A stretch of 64,000 nucleotides of DNA from Octopus vulgaris (taxonomy: Eukaryota), in contig OX597817.1 of NCBI GenBank assembly GCA_951406725.2, positions 17,856,001 to 17,920,000 on the forward strand, in the 5' to 3' direction. Positions within the stretch are counted from its first letter, which is position 1. Every line of letters begins with the position of its first letter. Under the pieces are notes generated by a model, which saw nothing but the letters and a program-made list of their open reading frames with translations, ran no database searches and was not told the origin of the DNA. Positions 1 to 12,260 of the stretch are shown here, one piece after another. The position numbers were made by a program, and so were the translations under genes.

Positions 1-95
1 TTCATTTTCATAGATAACATATAAACATTGTTTCTTCTTTATTGTACTGCTTTGTTAATGAGCTGAGTAAAAGTTACAATTAGAGCCATTTTACA

Positions 96-950
96 CTACC
101 AGTGGAAAAAAATGGACTGAGAGCAAGGGCAACAGCAAAGGAAATTAATGATGTTGAAGGCTCGGCAACTGTACCTGATTTGTGTGGCACAAAATTGATT
201 CAGATGTTTCAAGGAAGATGACACCTTCCTAGAAAACAAACCGAGGTCAGGGAGATCTTCTGTTGTAGAAAATGAGTCCTTACTTGAAATGGTTGAACAA
301 CAGCAAAGCATAAGCACTCTTATATTGTTGGCAGAACTTGGTCCTTCACAAAGCACCATCAGTCAACACCTCTGTAAGCTTGGTCTTGTGAACAGATGCT
401 GCCAAAAAGTTCCTCCTGAACTGACTTGATGACTAGGCTCAATGATATGTGAACATTTGCAAACAACTGCTAGCAATTCCTTGAGATGTCCACTTTCGGA
501 CAATGGCATTGAATTGTAATTGGGGATGGAAAATGAATCTATTTTCATAATCCTAATAAGAGAAATCAGTGGCTCCATTCCAGCCAGGCTTCAGAAATGG
601 TTGTCAAACAAGGGCAGTTTGAACAGTTCCTGTTGTGTGTTTGGTGGAATTTTGAGCAGTTGTTGCACTTTGAGCCTGTTCCAGATGGTCAAACTGTGAA
701 TGCTAACCTTTACACTCAACAGCTGCAACAAGTATGTGATGCTTTGAAAGCTTGCTACTTGGCGTTGATTAGTTGATGATGTGCACTCCTACAACATGAC
801 CATGCCCCAGCACATACTGCCAAGGTATCCAAGCACAAACTTGAGAAACTGGAAGTGCTGCCTCACATTGCCTACAGTCCAGACTTTGCACCATCAGATT
901 ACCACCTTTTCCAAGCCATGGTTCATTTCCTGCATGGACGAAGGAAATTT
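96..950 (+). pseudogene. Degenerate mariner (DD34D-type) transposase remnant
   Basis: Fragmented + strand frames read LENKPRSGRSS..., SQSTISQHLCKLGL, LLQHDHAPAH and AYSPDFAPSDYHLF (the mariner YSPDLAPSDY motif), with stops and frameshifts; ends approximate. Confidence 0.85.
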
Positions 951-1570
951 AGACCTCTTTTTCTTACAACAGACTGACACATTCTCATTTTGAAATGTTT
1001 GTTTTAGCATCTGCAGATGCAAACTATCACAAGTTCACTCAGGTTCCACAGTATCGTTTTGTTACAGAATTAAGCTGGTATGATGTAGTTTAAGTTGATA
1101 ATAGCATTTAAATCCAGATGAACTATATTTTGTGAGACATCCGCAAGAAATTCTTGACTCAACAAAAACAACTGTATCTTTGATTCCTTGACCTATGGAA
1201 GATTTTAGGTAAGGCCTTGCATTCTGTTTTCTAGCAAGCATTGAGAAGGCTTTATGTGGAAAAAGGGGATAAATGACACAAACACTTTGTGGATCAAATA
1301 TGCTGTCAGGATTGAAAGCTGTCTTATTGGGGGATTTAGTGTACAGGGTGCATGAAATAGTTAACAATGAGTCTTGAGTGAAAGATTGTTTTACAAACCC
1401 ATTTAAACTTTTCGAGTATGGATTCCCAGGTTTTAAAACAGTGATGGTGATGATAAAGATTTCATTTCTGTATGATAAAATTTACAATTTTTAAATGATA
1501 TTTTGATCTTTTGTTTTCCTTCAAAGTTTTGGATGACTTTTATTTACTACAATTTTTGCTGTTTTCATAG

Positions 1571-1756
<186 letters not shown>

Positions 1757-3097
1757 TAAAGAGTTTATACATTTATGCATTTATTTCTTCCATTTCTCTT
1801 GAAAAGAAATAAATAAGAGTCTATATGAAACTTACCATTTATACAACAAGTTTGATACCTTGAATAATTAATTTTTTAGGTATTCAACTTTTCTTAAGAG
1901 AGGATATATATATTGCATTTATTTGAATCCAGTATATAATCTCTATTTCATTTCAAATGCTCTCGCTCTCTCGCATAAATTACATTTAACTAATTATAAG
2001 AACAGTAGTTGCTATAAAAATTCATATATATTGTTTTTACTTTCAAAATTATCATATTTTGTTGTCCAAATCAATATGTATCATTGGATGTCTGCCAACT
2101 CTCTTTAGCATTAGTAATTTTTCAGACAGATTTGAGGTTAATGACTTTATTAGTTTTGATTACATGTGTTACATATATATGGAAAATAAAGACTTTTAAG
2201 AGCTCTCCAATTTCTGACAGATAACATAGCTCTTTCCCGTAAACAATGTTTTATCTTTCATTACCACTCCTAACTTCATCTCAGCACATTCTTCTTTGCA
2301 AGTTCACTTATAATAAATAACTACAGTTTGACATGCTCTGGTATATTGAGTCTAGGCTGACATAAAAATATGAATTATTGTTTCTTCTGTTTGCCTTTAT
2401 TTACATTTAATTGGTGTAAAGAATGTTCTTCGGGGTTCTAGATATGTGGAACAGATTCTTTTCTTTAAAATATTTGATATGTACACAAGTGTGGCAGTAA
2501 ATGGTTTGGCTTTAAATGAAGGAAATCAGAAGATGATCAGCTTTATTGACTTCAGGGAGAGGAGTATATTCTGATAATATTCATACTATTCCGAAGTTGC
2601 AGTGGTGCCACAGATGAAAAATCAGAAAACAGTGTTTTAGTTGTATCTAATAGAAGCTAAGGAAAAAATGTCAATTAAGTTAGTTCCCTAATGATTGGAA
2701 TTTACAGATGAGTTGACATTGGATCAAGAAAGATGAACGGAGAAACTTGTATTACAGATATGCAGAAATGCTTTTCAATATGGATGAACATACATTGAAA
2801 TAATGATGACAGATTTATTGAAACATAGTTATGAGTAACTTTCTTTTAATATTCACTTTCTAGTTGAATCATCTGAGTTTAAAAATAGATTTGATTTTTC
2901 CTAAACTAGTGTATTACATTTCATCTCGCTCAAGAAAATAGTGTATGACAAGACTGATCTAAGTCCAGTGTATGATACATCTGTTGGGGTTTTTTTTTGT
3001 GGGGTGGGTGCCTGTAGAAGAAACCCAGATACCTGACCAGCATTCTGCTGATGGTCAAATTAAGCTACACAGAATCAAATACATTTATATAGTATAA

Positions 3098-3310
3098 CCC
3101 TTTAGCATTCAGATTACTTTGCAAAGCCTGTTTTATCACATTGTTTTAAATTAATTGTACAGCATCTTGTAACTCTGGGATTTTGATGATGTCCTTGTTT
3201 ATTTTTAGAATGACTTTGTAGGGTAGGTGTGAGAGGTCAGAGCTGGCTGGTTTGAGCATATAACAAGAAGACAATTTTGGCCTGGTATGGCCGGTTTAAA
3301 CACTAAAGGG
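3098..3310. mobile_element. piggyBac-like MITE (CCCT...AGGG) with ATAA TSD
   Basis: ataa|ccctttagcattc ... cactaaaggg|ataa; homologous to 7134-7352. Confidence 0.75.
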
Positions 3311-3459
3311 ATAAGGTAGATGAGTAGATCTCTATCCCCAGCTCTTACAAGAAAAGAAAAATTATTCAAATCATTTGCCGTTAAAGAAATAAATAATTTT
3401 GAACATTTTTGGGAGTTTAAAAAAATTACAGATATTTCTGTACACTTTATTTTTGACAG

Positions 3460-3595
3460 GTTTACGATCAGATGCCAGAACCTCGCTGGGTAATATCAAT
3501 GGGGAGTTGTGCTAATGGAGGTGGTTACTACCACTATTCATATGCTGTTGTCCGTGGATGTGATCGAGTGATACCTGTTGATATATATGTTCCAG
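3460..3595 (+). CDS. NDUFS7: NDUFS7 penultimate coding exon
   Basis: ttttgacag acceptor; [45 protein letters not shown]+G; phase-1 donor gtaaga at 3596. Confidence 0.98.
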
Positions 3596-4035
3596 GTAAG
3601 ATACAAATAATATTTATCAAACCTATCTCTGTGCATATTTTTCAGGTGTGTCTCTAAGGAAGCTTGGTAGTCTTGAAATCTACAATTTCTAAAAACAGAG
3701 TAGATGGCAACTGCAATGTTCATGCCTTTTCCAAGTGTATTAGCTATATATATATATATATATATATAATCAACACCTTACTGTAGAGTTAATCTCTCTC
3801 TCTCTCTCTGTATATATATTTATATATACACACACACACACACATATATACATATATATATATTAGCATTTGTATATAATAATAATAATAATTGTTTATT
3901 ATTATTACCTGGGCCCATTCATATATACAATAAAAAGAAAGCAGAAATAAAGGTGTTACAAAATATGTAGGGATAAACAAAATAATGTTTATGAAAATAA
4001 AAGGAAAGCCACATGATGCTCAATATATATATGGA

Positions 4036-4790
4036 TCATGTGTTGCGTATGGATGAGGACAGCTGTGGGAAAAAGTTGTCACACCCTAGCAATAGAGGGA
4101 ATCTTGGAAGAGGTAGACTCAGGAAGACCTGAGATGAGGTGGTGAAGCACAACATTCGAATGTTGGGCCTCATGGAGGCGATGACAAATGACCGAGACTT
4201 TTGGAGATATACTGTGCTTGAGAAGACTTGGCAAGCCAAGTGAGACTGTAACTGTGGCCTATGCCAGTGCAGCATAACCAACCCATTTAAGAGTACCCTT
4301 CAACCATTGGGCAATAGACTGTGTTTGCAAAGACCTGTTGAGTCAAGTGAAGTCATTGTCTTGGCCAATGACAGTACTGCCTAATTGGTACCCATCCCAG
4401 TGGTATGTAAAAATCACCATTCGAGCGTGGTCAATGCCAGTGCCGCCTGACTGGCTCTCCTGCCAGTGGCATGTGAAAAGCACCATTTGAGCATGGTCAG
4501 TGCTAATGCCGCCTGACTGGTCCCATGCTGGTGGTACGTAGAAAAACACCATTGAAACGTGGTTGATGCCAGTACCGCCTGACTGGCCCTTGTGCTGGTG
4601 GTACATAAAAAGCACCCACAACACACTCTTGGAGTGGTTGGCATTAGGAAGGGCATCCAGCTGTAGAAACTTTGCTAGATCAGATTGGAGCCTGGTGCAG
4701 CCTTCTGGTTTACCAGCCCTCAGTTAAACCGTCCAACCCATGCCAGCATGGAAAGCAGGCGTTAAACGACGATTATGATGATAATGACGA
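4036..4790 (+). mobile_element. RTE-clade LINE 3' end with internal ~60-bp minisatellite and (GAT)n tail
   Basis: GHVLRMDED...RGRLRKT...MTNDRDFWR, a typical RTE C-terminus; 3' UTR shared with many copies in the window. Confidence 0.75.
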
Positions 4791-5143
4791 TTAACACATT
4801 AAAATGTTATACAATATAATTACACAAAATAAATGATTATATAAAAACAGATATAATTATAAAAGATATAATAAAGCAAGAAAAGCATAGTAACCCACCT
4901 ACACATGAATAATAATAATAATTATATTTATAAAAGATAATAGTATCTGTTTCAAATTTTGGCACCAGGTCAACAATTTTAGGGAGGCGGGGATATGAAC
5001 AATTACATGGATCCCTGTACTTAATTAGTACTTTATTTTATTACCAGCTCTAATAATAATAATCTATTACCCAAAATTGTAACACTCATCCATGGAGTCC
5101 CTACCTCCATCCTGTGCTTCACATGTTCCTTATTTATAGTTAA

Positions 5144-5164
<21 letters not shown>

Positions 5165-5175
<11 letters not shown>

Positions 5176-5690
5176 AATTATTGTATACAGTGCTCAGGTG
5201 CACCACAACTTGTCAGAAAGTGCATATAAAGTACATGCAGTAATGTAGAAATGTCTGGAAAGTGAACAGTGTATGAGTCAGATACATGCTTGTGTGTGTA
5301 TGGAGGGGAGAAAATCAAGTGTAGTGTTGGCGAATCTCAGGAAGCATGGAAGTTTTGAAGGATGCAGTGCTCCGACAACTAACAACTGATGCCGGCAGTT
5401 TGTTCCATGCTTCAGCAACTCTCAGCGTGAAAAAATGTTTCCTGAAGTCATGGGAGCTGTGCTGTTTTCTTACTTTGTAAATATGTCCACGGGTGTTAGA
5501 TGGGTGGAGTTTGAAGAGGTGCTCAGAGTTATTGTTTGTGCGATGGTTGATAATTTTATGGGTGTCTGCCAAGTCAGCTGCCAGACGTCGGAGCTTCAAT
5601 GTGTCCATGCCCAGGGAAGCAAGGCGTTCAGGATATGGCAAATGCCTGATGGAGGGTATTCTTTTGGTTGCACGTTACTGTGTGGAATGA
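5165..5690 (-). mobile_element. CR1-type LINE 3' fragment
   Basis: YPERLASLGMDTLKLRRLAADL...NTRGH...RKHFFTLRVAEAWNKLP; (ATT)n tail. Confidence 0.85.
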
Positions 5691-6626
5691 GACAGTAAGA
5701 GTCAAGTCTAATTGTGGTGTGATACAAACCTGTTATCTTGCAACTGATTATCAATATCTTAGGTTTTCAATCTTCAGAACCTCTTGACAGCATTATACAG
5801 GCTAAAACTATGGTGATAAAGTATAATATTTTAGATGCTTCATCTTAAGTTAAAATTTTACAAGTATAACATTAGTGGAAGAAAGCTGTGTGGTTAAGAA
5901 GTTCACTTTGCAATGACATGGTTTCAAATTCAATCCCACTAAATGGCAACTTTGGTCAAGTGTTTTTGACTATAATACCACACCAACCTAAGCCTTGTGA
6001 GTGGATTTGGTAGGTAGAAATTGAAGAAGACCACTTTGTGTGTGTGTGAGAGAGTTTGTATTTTCCTTGACTACATATATGTTTCACTCGCTGGTTGTAA
6101 GCAATAGCTATGATAGTATTTGTTTGCAGTTTACTGCAAAAACATGTCCAGATTTCTTGACATGTCTTGAAATGTTGTCCATACAGTGCTGTTTGTCTCC
6201 AGTTGTCCCCATAAACCTGTCCACATTGTTCATTAGATGGGATGTTAGTACCTTACTTGGAAACAAGTGGAGATTGGCAACAGGAAGGTCATCTAGCCAT
6301 AGAAAACTCTGCTCCAACATCCTCTCGTATAACCCATGCAGTTATGGAAAAATAAACATTAAAATGATGATGAAGAAAAGAAGGAAGGAAAGACCATAAG
6401 AATATAGTTATAAATTTAATTGATAAATCACAAACATTTATGAACGGTACATTTTTGTGCAATAATCCATAGTATATTAACCTACACGTTGCTTTTTTTT
6501 ATTTTTAATAGCACTGACAATGAAACTGGTGTAAACATTTTTGAGCCTGTTAACCTCTTTTTTTATATATAAAATCCATTTTAAACAGTTTTCATTTGTT
6601 ATTAGGAGCTCAAGGCTGCTAATAAT

Positions 6627-8465
6627 TATTAGATTTGGAAACTTGACCAGATTATACCATTATATTACAAGAAGAAAATTGTTACAGAAAAAAAAATTAC
6701 CCTCATTGGAATGTGTGCAGCACTCGTGTAACACACCCAGAATATGGACTGCATATATGAGCCATTATGTATTAAGAGACTGATGGTAAATGATATGTTC
6801 CATTACTGTAACATTTGTCATTGTTGTGCAAAAATTTTTAGGATGAGTTATTTAGCAACACTGACGGAAGAATTCATTGTATTGCTAACCTTATCTTAAA
6901 AAAGAGAAAACATTTGTAAAACATTATTTTAAACAATTTCAGCCACTTTTGTCACCAACTGCCTAATGTGCTTGGGACAAGTCTAACACTCATGCAAGGA
7001 ATAGCAGCCAGATGTCCATCAAATTACACCCTACCAGCTTATAAAAAAAACAAGTCGTTATGGATAATAGTCCCTTGCTTGAAAATTCAGAAGACCTGAA
7101 TGATGGTCATTACTGGAACACCTTTTATCTTAACCCTATAGTGTTCAGATTATTCAATCAAACATAATGCCTATTGATTCACATTGATTTGAATTAATCA
7201 TGCATTATCTCATATCTTCAAGATCTTGATGGTGTAATTACTTAATGTAGAATAACATTGTAGGGTAGGTGTGAGAGCTTGGATCTGGTCAGTTTGAACA
7301 TAAAACAGATTAAATATTTTGGCCGGATATGGCCGGTTTAAATACTAAAGGGTTAAGGCAGTTTTCACAGGTTAAACAACACAGACTTGGGCTGGGATAA
7401 ATTCATAAATATGTTCTTAATGTACCCATTTATGAACTTAGAGTAAACTCCCAAATCTTTCTAGCATGTAGAGCTACAATGCTCTTTTCCATATTGCAAA
7501 CAAGTACTACGCACAATCCTCTATTCCAGTCCTGTTTAGCCTGTGAACAGCCCTATCATCATCATCATCATCATCATCTAACATCTGTTTTCTATGAAGA
7601 CATGGATTGGATGATTTGACTGAAGCTAACCAGCCAGGGAGCTAACCAGCTGGGGAGGGGTCCAGACTCCAATTGTCTGTTTTAGTGTGGTTCTCCAGCT
7701 GGATACCCTTCCTAACACCAACCACTTTATAGAGTGTGCTGGGTACTTTTTACATGCCGCCAGCTCTGGCACAAGTGTATCTTACATGGCCCTGGCACGA
7801 GTGCATTTTGCATGGCACCATACTGTGTGTATGACCATAATTTTTCTTAGCTTGATGAATCTTCTCAAGCACAGCAAATCACAACTCCTGGTCCTTTGTC
7901 ATTTCCTCAGTTAGGCCCAGCATCTGAAGAGCTTTCTCCCCACTTTGTCCCACATCTTTCTGGGTCTTCCCCTCAAAGGTGTTCCAGTAGTGACCATCAC
8001 TCATGTCTTTTGAATTTTCTAGCTGTGGACTATTATCCATAGCATCTTTCTTTTATTTTTTTATAAGCTAGTAGGCTGTAATTTAATGGACATTTAGCTG
8101 CTATTCCTTGCATGAGTGTTAGACTTGTTCCAAGCATATTAGGCAGTCGCTGACAAAAGTGGCTGAAATTGTTTAAAATAATATTTTCTTTTTTTAAGAT
8201 AAGGTTGTTAGCAAATCAAGGAATTCTTCCGTCAGTGCTGCTAAATAACTCATCCTAAAAATTTTGGCACAACAATGACAAATGTTACAGTAATGGAACA
8301 TATCATTTACCATTAGTCTCTTAATACATAATAGCTCATATATGCAGTCCATATTCTGGGTGTACTACATGAGTGCTGCACACATTCCAGTGACGGTAAT
8401 TTTACTTCTATAATAATTTTCTTGTAATATTATGATATAATCTGATTAGGTTTTCAAATCTAATA
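6627..8465. repeat. Long inverted repeat, arms ~6627-7125 and ~7976-8465
   Basis: The arms are reverse complements with scattered mismatches, e.g. 6781 tgatggtaaatgatatgttccattactgtaacatttgtc vs 8277 gacaaatgttacagtaatggaacatatcatttaccatta. Confidence 0.92.
7134..7352. mobile_element. piggyBac-like MITE
   Basis: ttaa|ccctatag ... tactaaaggg|ttaa, TTAA TSD. Confidence 0.8.
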
Positions 8466-8725
8466 GCACACACTCAGAAATAAAAAGTCAAGTCTAGTTA
8501 AACTTGTGTTTTGTATAGAAATAGTCTTAAGTTTGTGTGTTTATTTTTGCGAGAGTAGTTACTTCAGTATAGTAACAGTCACTCTGTGACTTCTATTTTA
8601 TACAAAAGCTCTTGTTTCATCATTGTAAGAACAACTTTTTTGCTATTTTTATTGTATATTTTCTTTCTGAGATAGCTTGTTGTTACATATTAGTTTTTGA
8701 AATTTGTATGATGCATGTATATATG

Positions 8726-9087
8726 GAGGTGCAATGGCCCAGTGGTTAGGGCAGCAGACTCGCAGTCATAGGATTGAAGTTTTGATTCCCAGACCAGTTG
8801 TTGCATTTATTGAGTAAAAACACCTAAATCTCCATGAGGCTCCGGCAGAGGGTGGCGGTGAACCCAGCTGTATTCTTTCACCATAACTTTCTCTCACTCT
8901 TTCTTCCTGTTTCAGTTGTACCTGTATTTTAAAGGGCCAGCCTTGTCACGCTGAATCTCCCTGAGAACTATGTTATGGGTACATGTGTCTGTTAAGTGCT
9001 CAGCCACTCACATGTTAATTTCACAAGGAGGCTGTTCCATTGATCGGATCAACTGGGACCCTCGTCGTCGTAACCAACGGAGTACCT
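8726..9087 (+). mobile_element. tRNA-derived SINE (third family; other copies ~30752-31260 minus and 45376-45691 plus)
   Basis: tRNA-like head ggaggtgcaatggcccagtggttaggg...gattccc; shared 3' end gtcgtaacc..cggag. Confidence 0.7.
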
Positions 9088-9089
9088 AT

Positions 9090-9820
9090 CGCTTTACTGG
9101 CACTTGTGCCGGTGGCATGTGTAAAAACATTGGAGCAAGGTCATTGCCAGTACCGCCTGACTATACACCGTGCCGGTGGCATGTAAAAGCACCCATTACA
9201 CTCTCGGAGTGGTTGGCATTAGGAAGGGCATCAAGCTGTAGAAACTCTGCCAGATCAAGATTGGGGCCTGGTGCAGCCATCTGGTTAGCCAGACCTTAAT
9301 CAAATCGTCCAGCCCATGCTAGCATGGAAAGCGGACATTAAACAATGATGATGATGACACACACACATACATTGGGCTTCACAGAGGCAATGACACAAGA
9401 CCAAGACCTTTGGAGATATGCTGTGATTGAGAAGACCCAGCTACTAAAGTGAGATCCAGCCCAGTTAAGAGTACCCCTGATGCATCAGGCGATATGATAT
9501 GCTTGAGAAGACCTGTTAAGTCAAGTAAAACCAATATCGTAGCTGTGGCCAGTGCCACCTGACTGGCTCCCGTGCTGGTGGCATGTAAAAAGCACCATCC
9601 AAACGTGGCTGATGCCAGTACTCCCTGACTGGCTCCCGTGCCAGTGGCACATGAAAAGCACCCACTACACTCTTGGAGTGGTTGGCATTAGGAAGGGCAT
9701 CCAGTTGTAGAAACATTGCCAGATCAGATTGGAGCCTGGTGCAGCCGCTGGCTCTCCAGACCTTGGTCAAACCATCCAACCCATGCCAGCATAGAAAACG
9801 GACGTTAAACAATGATGATG
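9090..9820 (+). mobile_element. Two adjacent RTE-derived 3' UTR elements with (GAT)n tails
   Basis: Same ggttggcattaggaagggcatcc...ttaaacaatgatgatg end as 4036-4790; ends at ~9356 and ~9820. Confidence 0.75.
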
Positions 9821-10648
9821 ATATTTGTGTTAGTGTGTGTGAGAGAGAGAAAGAGAGAGGGCATGGATAAATGCACAATGGAAAGGCATAGTGAAGGATA
9901 CACAAAAGCTAGAAGAAATTTATTATTTCAAAGTAGCCTCTGGTATATGCTGATCTGGTTTCATCTACACATCTATGCCCATGCTGGAGTACTACCATGT
10001 TAACAAAAAATTAGTGTAAGATGCTGAAAATAGGATGGACCATGGAACACAGTTAAGTTTGTTTTTATGAAATGATTTAGGAAGAGAGTAATTTGGATGT
10101 AGCCAGTGTGTACAAGTTATTTAACCTCTTTGATAATGTTATACTATCCAAATGAGAGCTAAAAACAATAGTAACTTGTTTTGTTATGAAAAGCAAAATA
10201 TTTTCAAGTTTCATTTAACTCATTGTTTTTAGATACATTGTTATGTATTCTGTGTATCTTTTGTTTTAACTTTTAAGTTCTATATTTAAAATGTTCAAGA
10301 TAATTTATTTCGTGTCAGATCTGTTTTCTGTATTTAATGTCAATGTTCTAGACATTTATTTAAAAATAGAAGGAAAATAAACAAACAAATAAAACCATTC
10401 ATAGGCACAGATGTAGCTGTAGTTAGGAAGTTCTCTTTGCAACAATATAGTACCAGGTTCATTTCCACTGTCTGATGCTTTGGGTAAGTGGCTTTTACTA
10501 TAGCCTTAGGTTGACCAATATACTTTGTGAATTGAATTTGATAGACAGAAATCACACAAGGATATTGTGTGTGGAGGGGGTGCTCTTTGTCCTTGTTTGT
10601 GTTTGACACCACAGATTGCTGCTTGCAAATAGCCAGTCATGTCAACAT

Positions 10649-11058
10649 AGGGCGCAGGAGTGGCTGTGTGGTAAGTAGCTTGCTAACTAACCACATGGTT
10701 CCGGGTTCAGTCCCACTGCGTGGCATCTTGGGCAACTGTCTTCTGCTATAGCCCCGGGCCGACCAGTGCCTTGTGAGTAGATTTGGTAGACGGAAACTGA
10801 AAGAAGCCTGTCGTATATATGTATATATATATATATATGTGTGTGTTTGTGTGTCTGTGTTTGTCCCCCTAGCATTGCTTGACAATCGATGCTGGTGTGT
10901 TTACGTCCCCGTCACTTAGCAGTTCGGCAAAAGAGACCGATAGAATAAGCACTGGGCTTACAAAAGAATAAGTCCCGGGGTCGATTTGCTCGACTAAAGG
11001 CGGTGCTCCAGCATGGCCGCAGTCAAATGACTGAAACAAGTAAAAGAGTAAAAGAGTA
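10649..11058 (+). mobile_element. tRNA-head SINE, family A (CORE-like), full length
   Basis: Pol III A/B-box-like head (tggctgtgtggt; ggttcagtccc), cttgggcaa segment, internal (TA/TG)n, (GAGTAAAA)n tail. Confidence 0.9.
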
Positions 11059-12045
11059 ACAGAAATCACAGAAGCATATAGTATGTGGAGGGGATGCTCT
11101 TTGTCCTTGTTTGTGTTTGACACCACAGATTGTTGCTTGCAAATAGCCAGTCATGTCAAGATGGTAATTTGGTGAATCAATAAAATAAATACTAAACTGA
11201 AATAAGGATTGGGGTTGCAATAATCTTTTTTTTTTTAAATCCTAAAGCTGGTGCCACAGCATGGTTGCAGTTTAATGGGAAAAAAAAAGAAGCATTCTAA
11301 TAATTATTTAAATCTCAATATTTTTTAGAAATTAGTTTCTTGTGTAAAATCTTGTCCCACATTTATTTCCTCTGTTTAATAATGACATTGTTCTTTGTAT
11401 TTTAGAAAAATGTCGCCCATCCCTATTAAACACTGTAGATACAACATTTTATTTCTAATAATAAAATACAATATCTCAGACTTAGCTTATACAATTGAAA
11501 CAGCATCAAATTAAAATAGCCATCTATAGTCAACAGACTATCATTGTGACATCTATGGGTGCCTGTGTGTTTCCAGCTTTGGACTACAGAGTCACATGTG
11601 CTCCATTCTTTGTCATTGTCAGACATTGATGGACTACCAACAACAATATTCATACACCATTGATTGGCATGATACTGTGGACTCTGTCAGAGAAAATCTC
11701 TTCTTGGAAATTCTGTGTTAAATGTTAAATATACAATATATGTTGGAATAAGATCAACATCATCCTAGCCATGATAGATTTCACTTAGGCATACAACCAA
11801 CTAATGAGTACGTCATTACAAGGCTCAAGGAAGACAAAACACGTCTGGCATTCACATGGGTCACTACTGGAATGATATTCATTGTGCTCCAGTATATATA
11901 TATCATCATCGTTTAACGTTCGTTTTCCGCGCTATATATATATATATATATATATATGTATAATGTTTCTAGCACATGTCTATGAAAAGGTGTTTCTCTC
12001 AGACAAAAACCAGAGCATCATGCCTATCAATGGTGTATATAGATT

Positions 12046-12260
12046 AAGTTAGTTAGTTAATTTTTTGGCTCAAAAAGCAAAAAGCAAGGTCATGTAGGGG
12101 GACATGGAGTTATGTACAGGGTGGTGTTCATGTAAAGAGTTCAGGCCCCTTGAGGTCAAGGGAGACTTTGAACAAAGCGGTCGTCGGCATCTTCACCATC
12201 TTGTCTGGCAGCTTGTTCCACGGATCCGCAACCCGGACGGAGAAAGCCCCTTGAAACATA
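12046..12260 (-). mobile_element. CR1-like LINE 3' fragment
   Basis: Minus frame FSVRVADPWNKLPDKMV...FKVSLD; (TAAC)n tail. Confidence 0.7.

Noticed and set aside
10651-10720. tRNA-like sequences at SINE 5' ends
   Set aside because: They are SINE heads that continue into SINE bodies; I could not build an intact cloverleaf tRNA gene
10637-11126. Recurrent ORFs (MSSNARGTNT..., ...RCHAVGLNPEPCGW, ...RPRKDERQSRPRRNLNSE) appearing many times
   Set aside because: Chance reading frames of SINE consensus sequences, not a gene family
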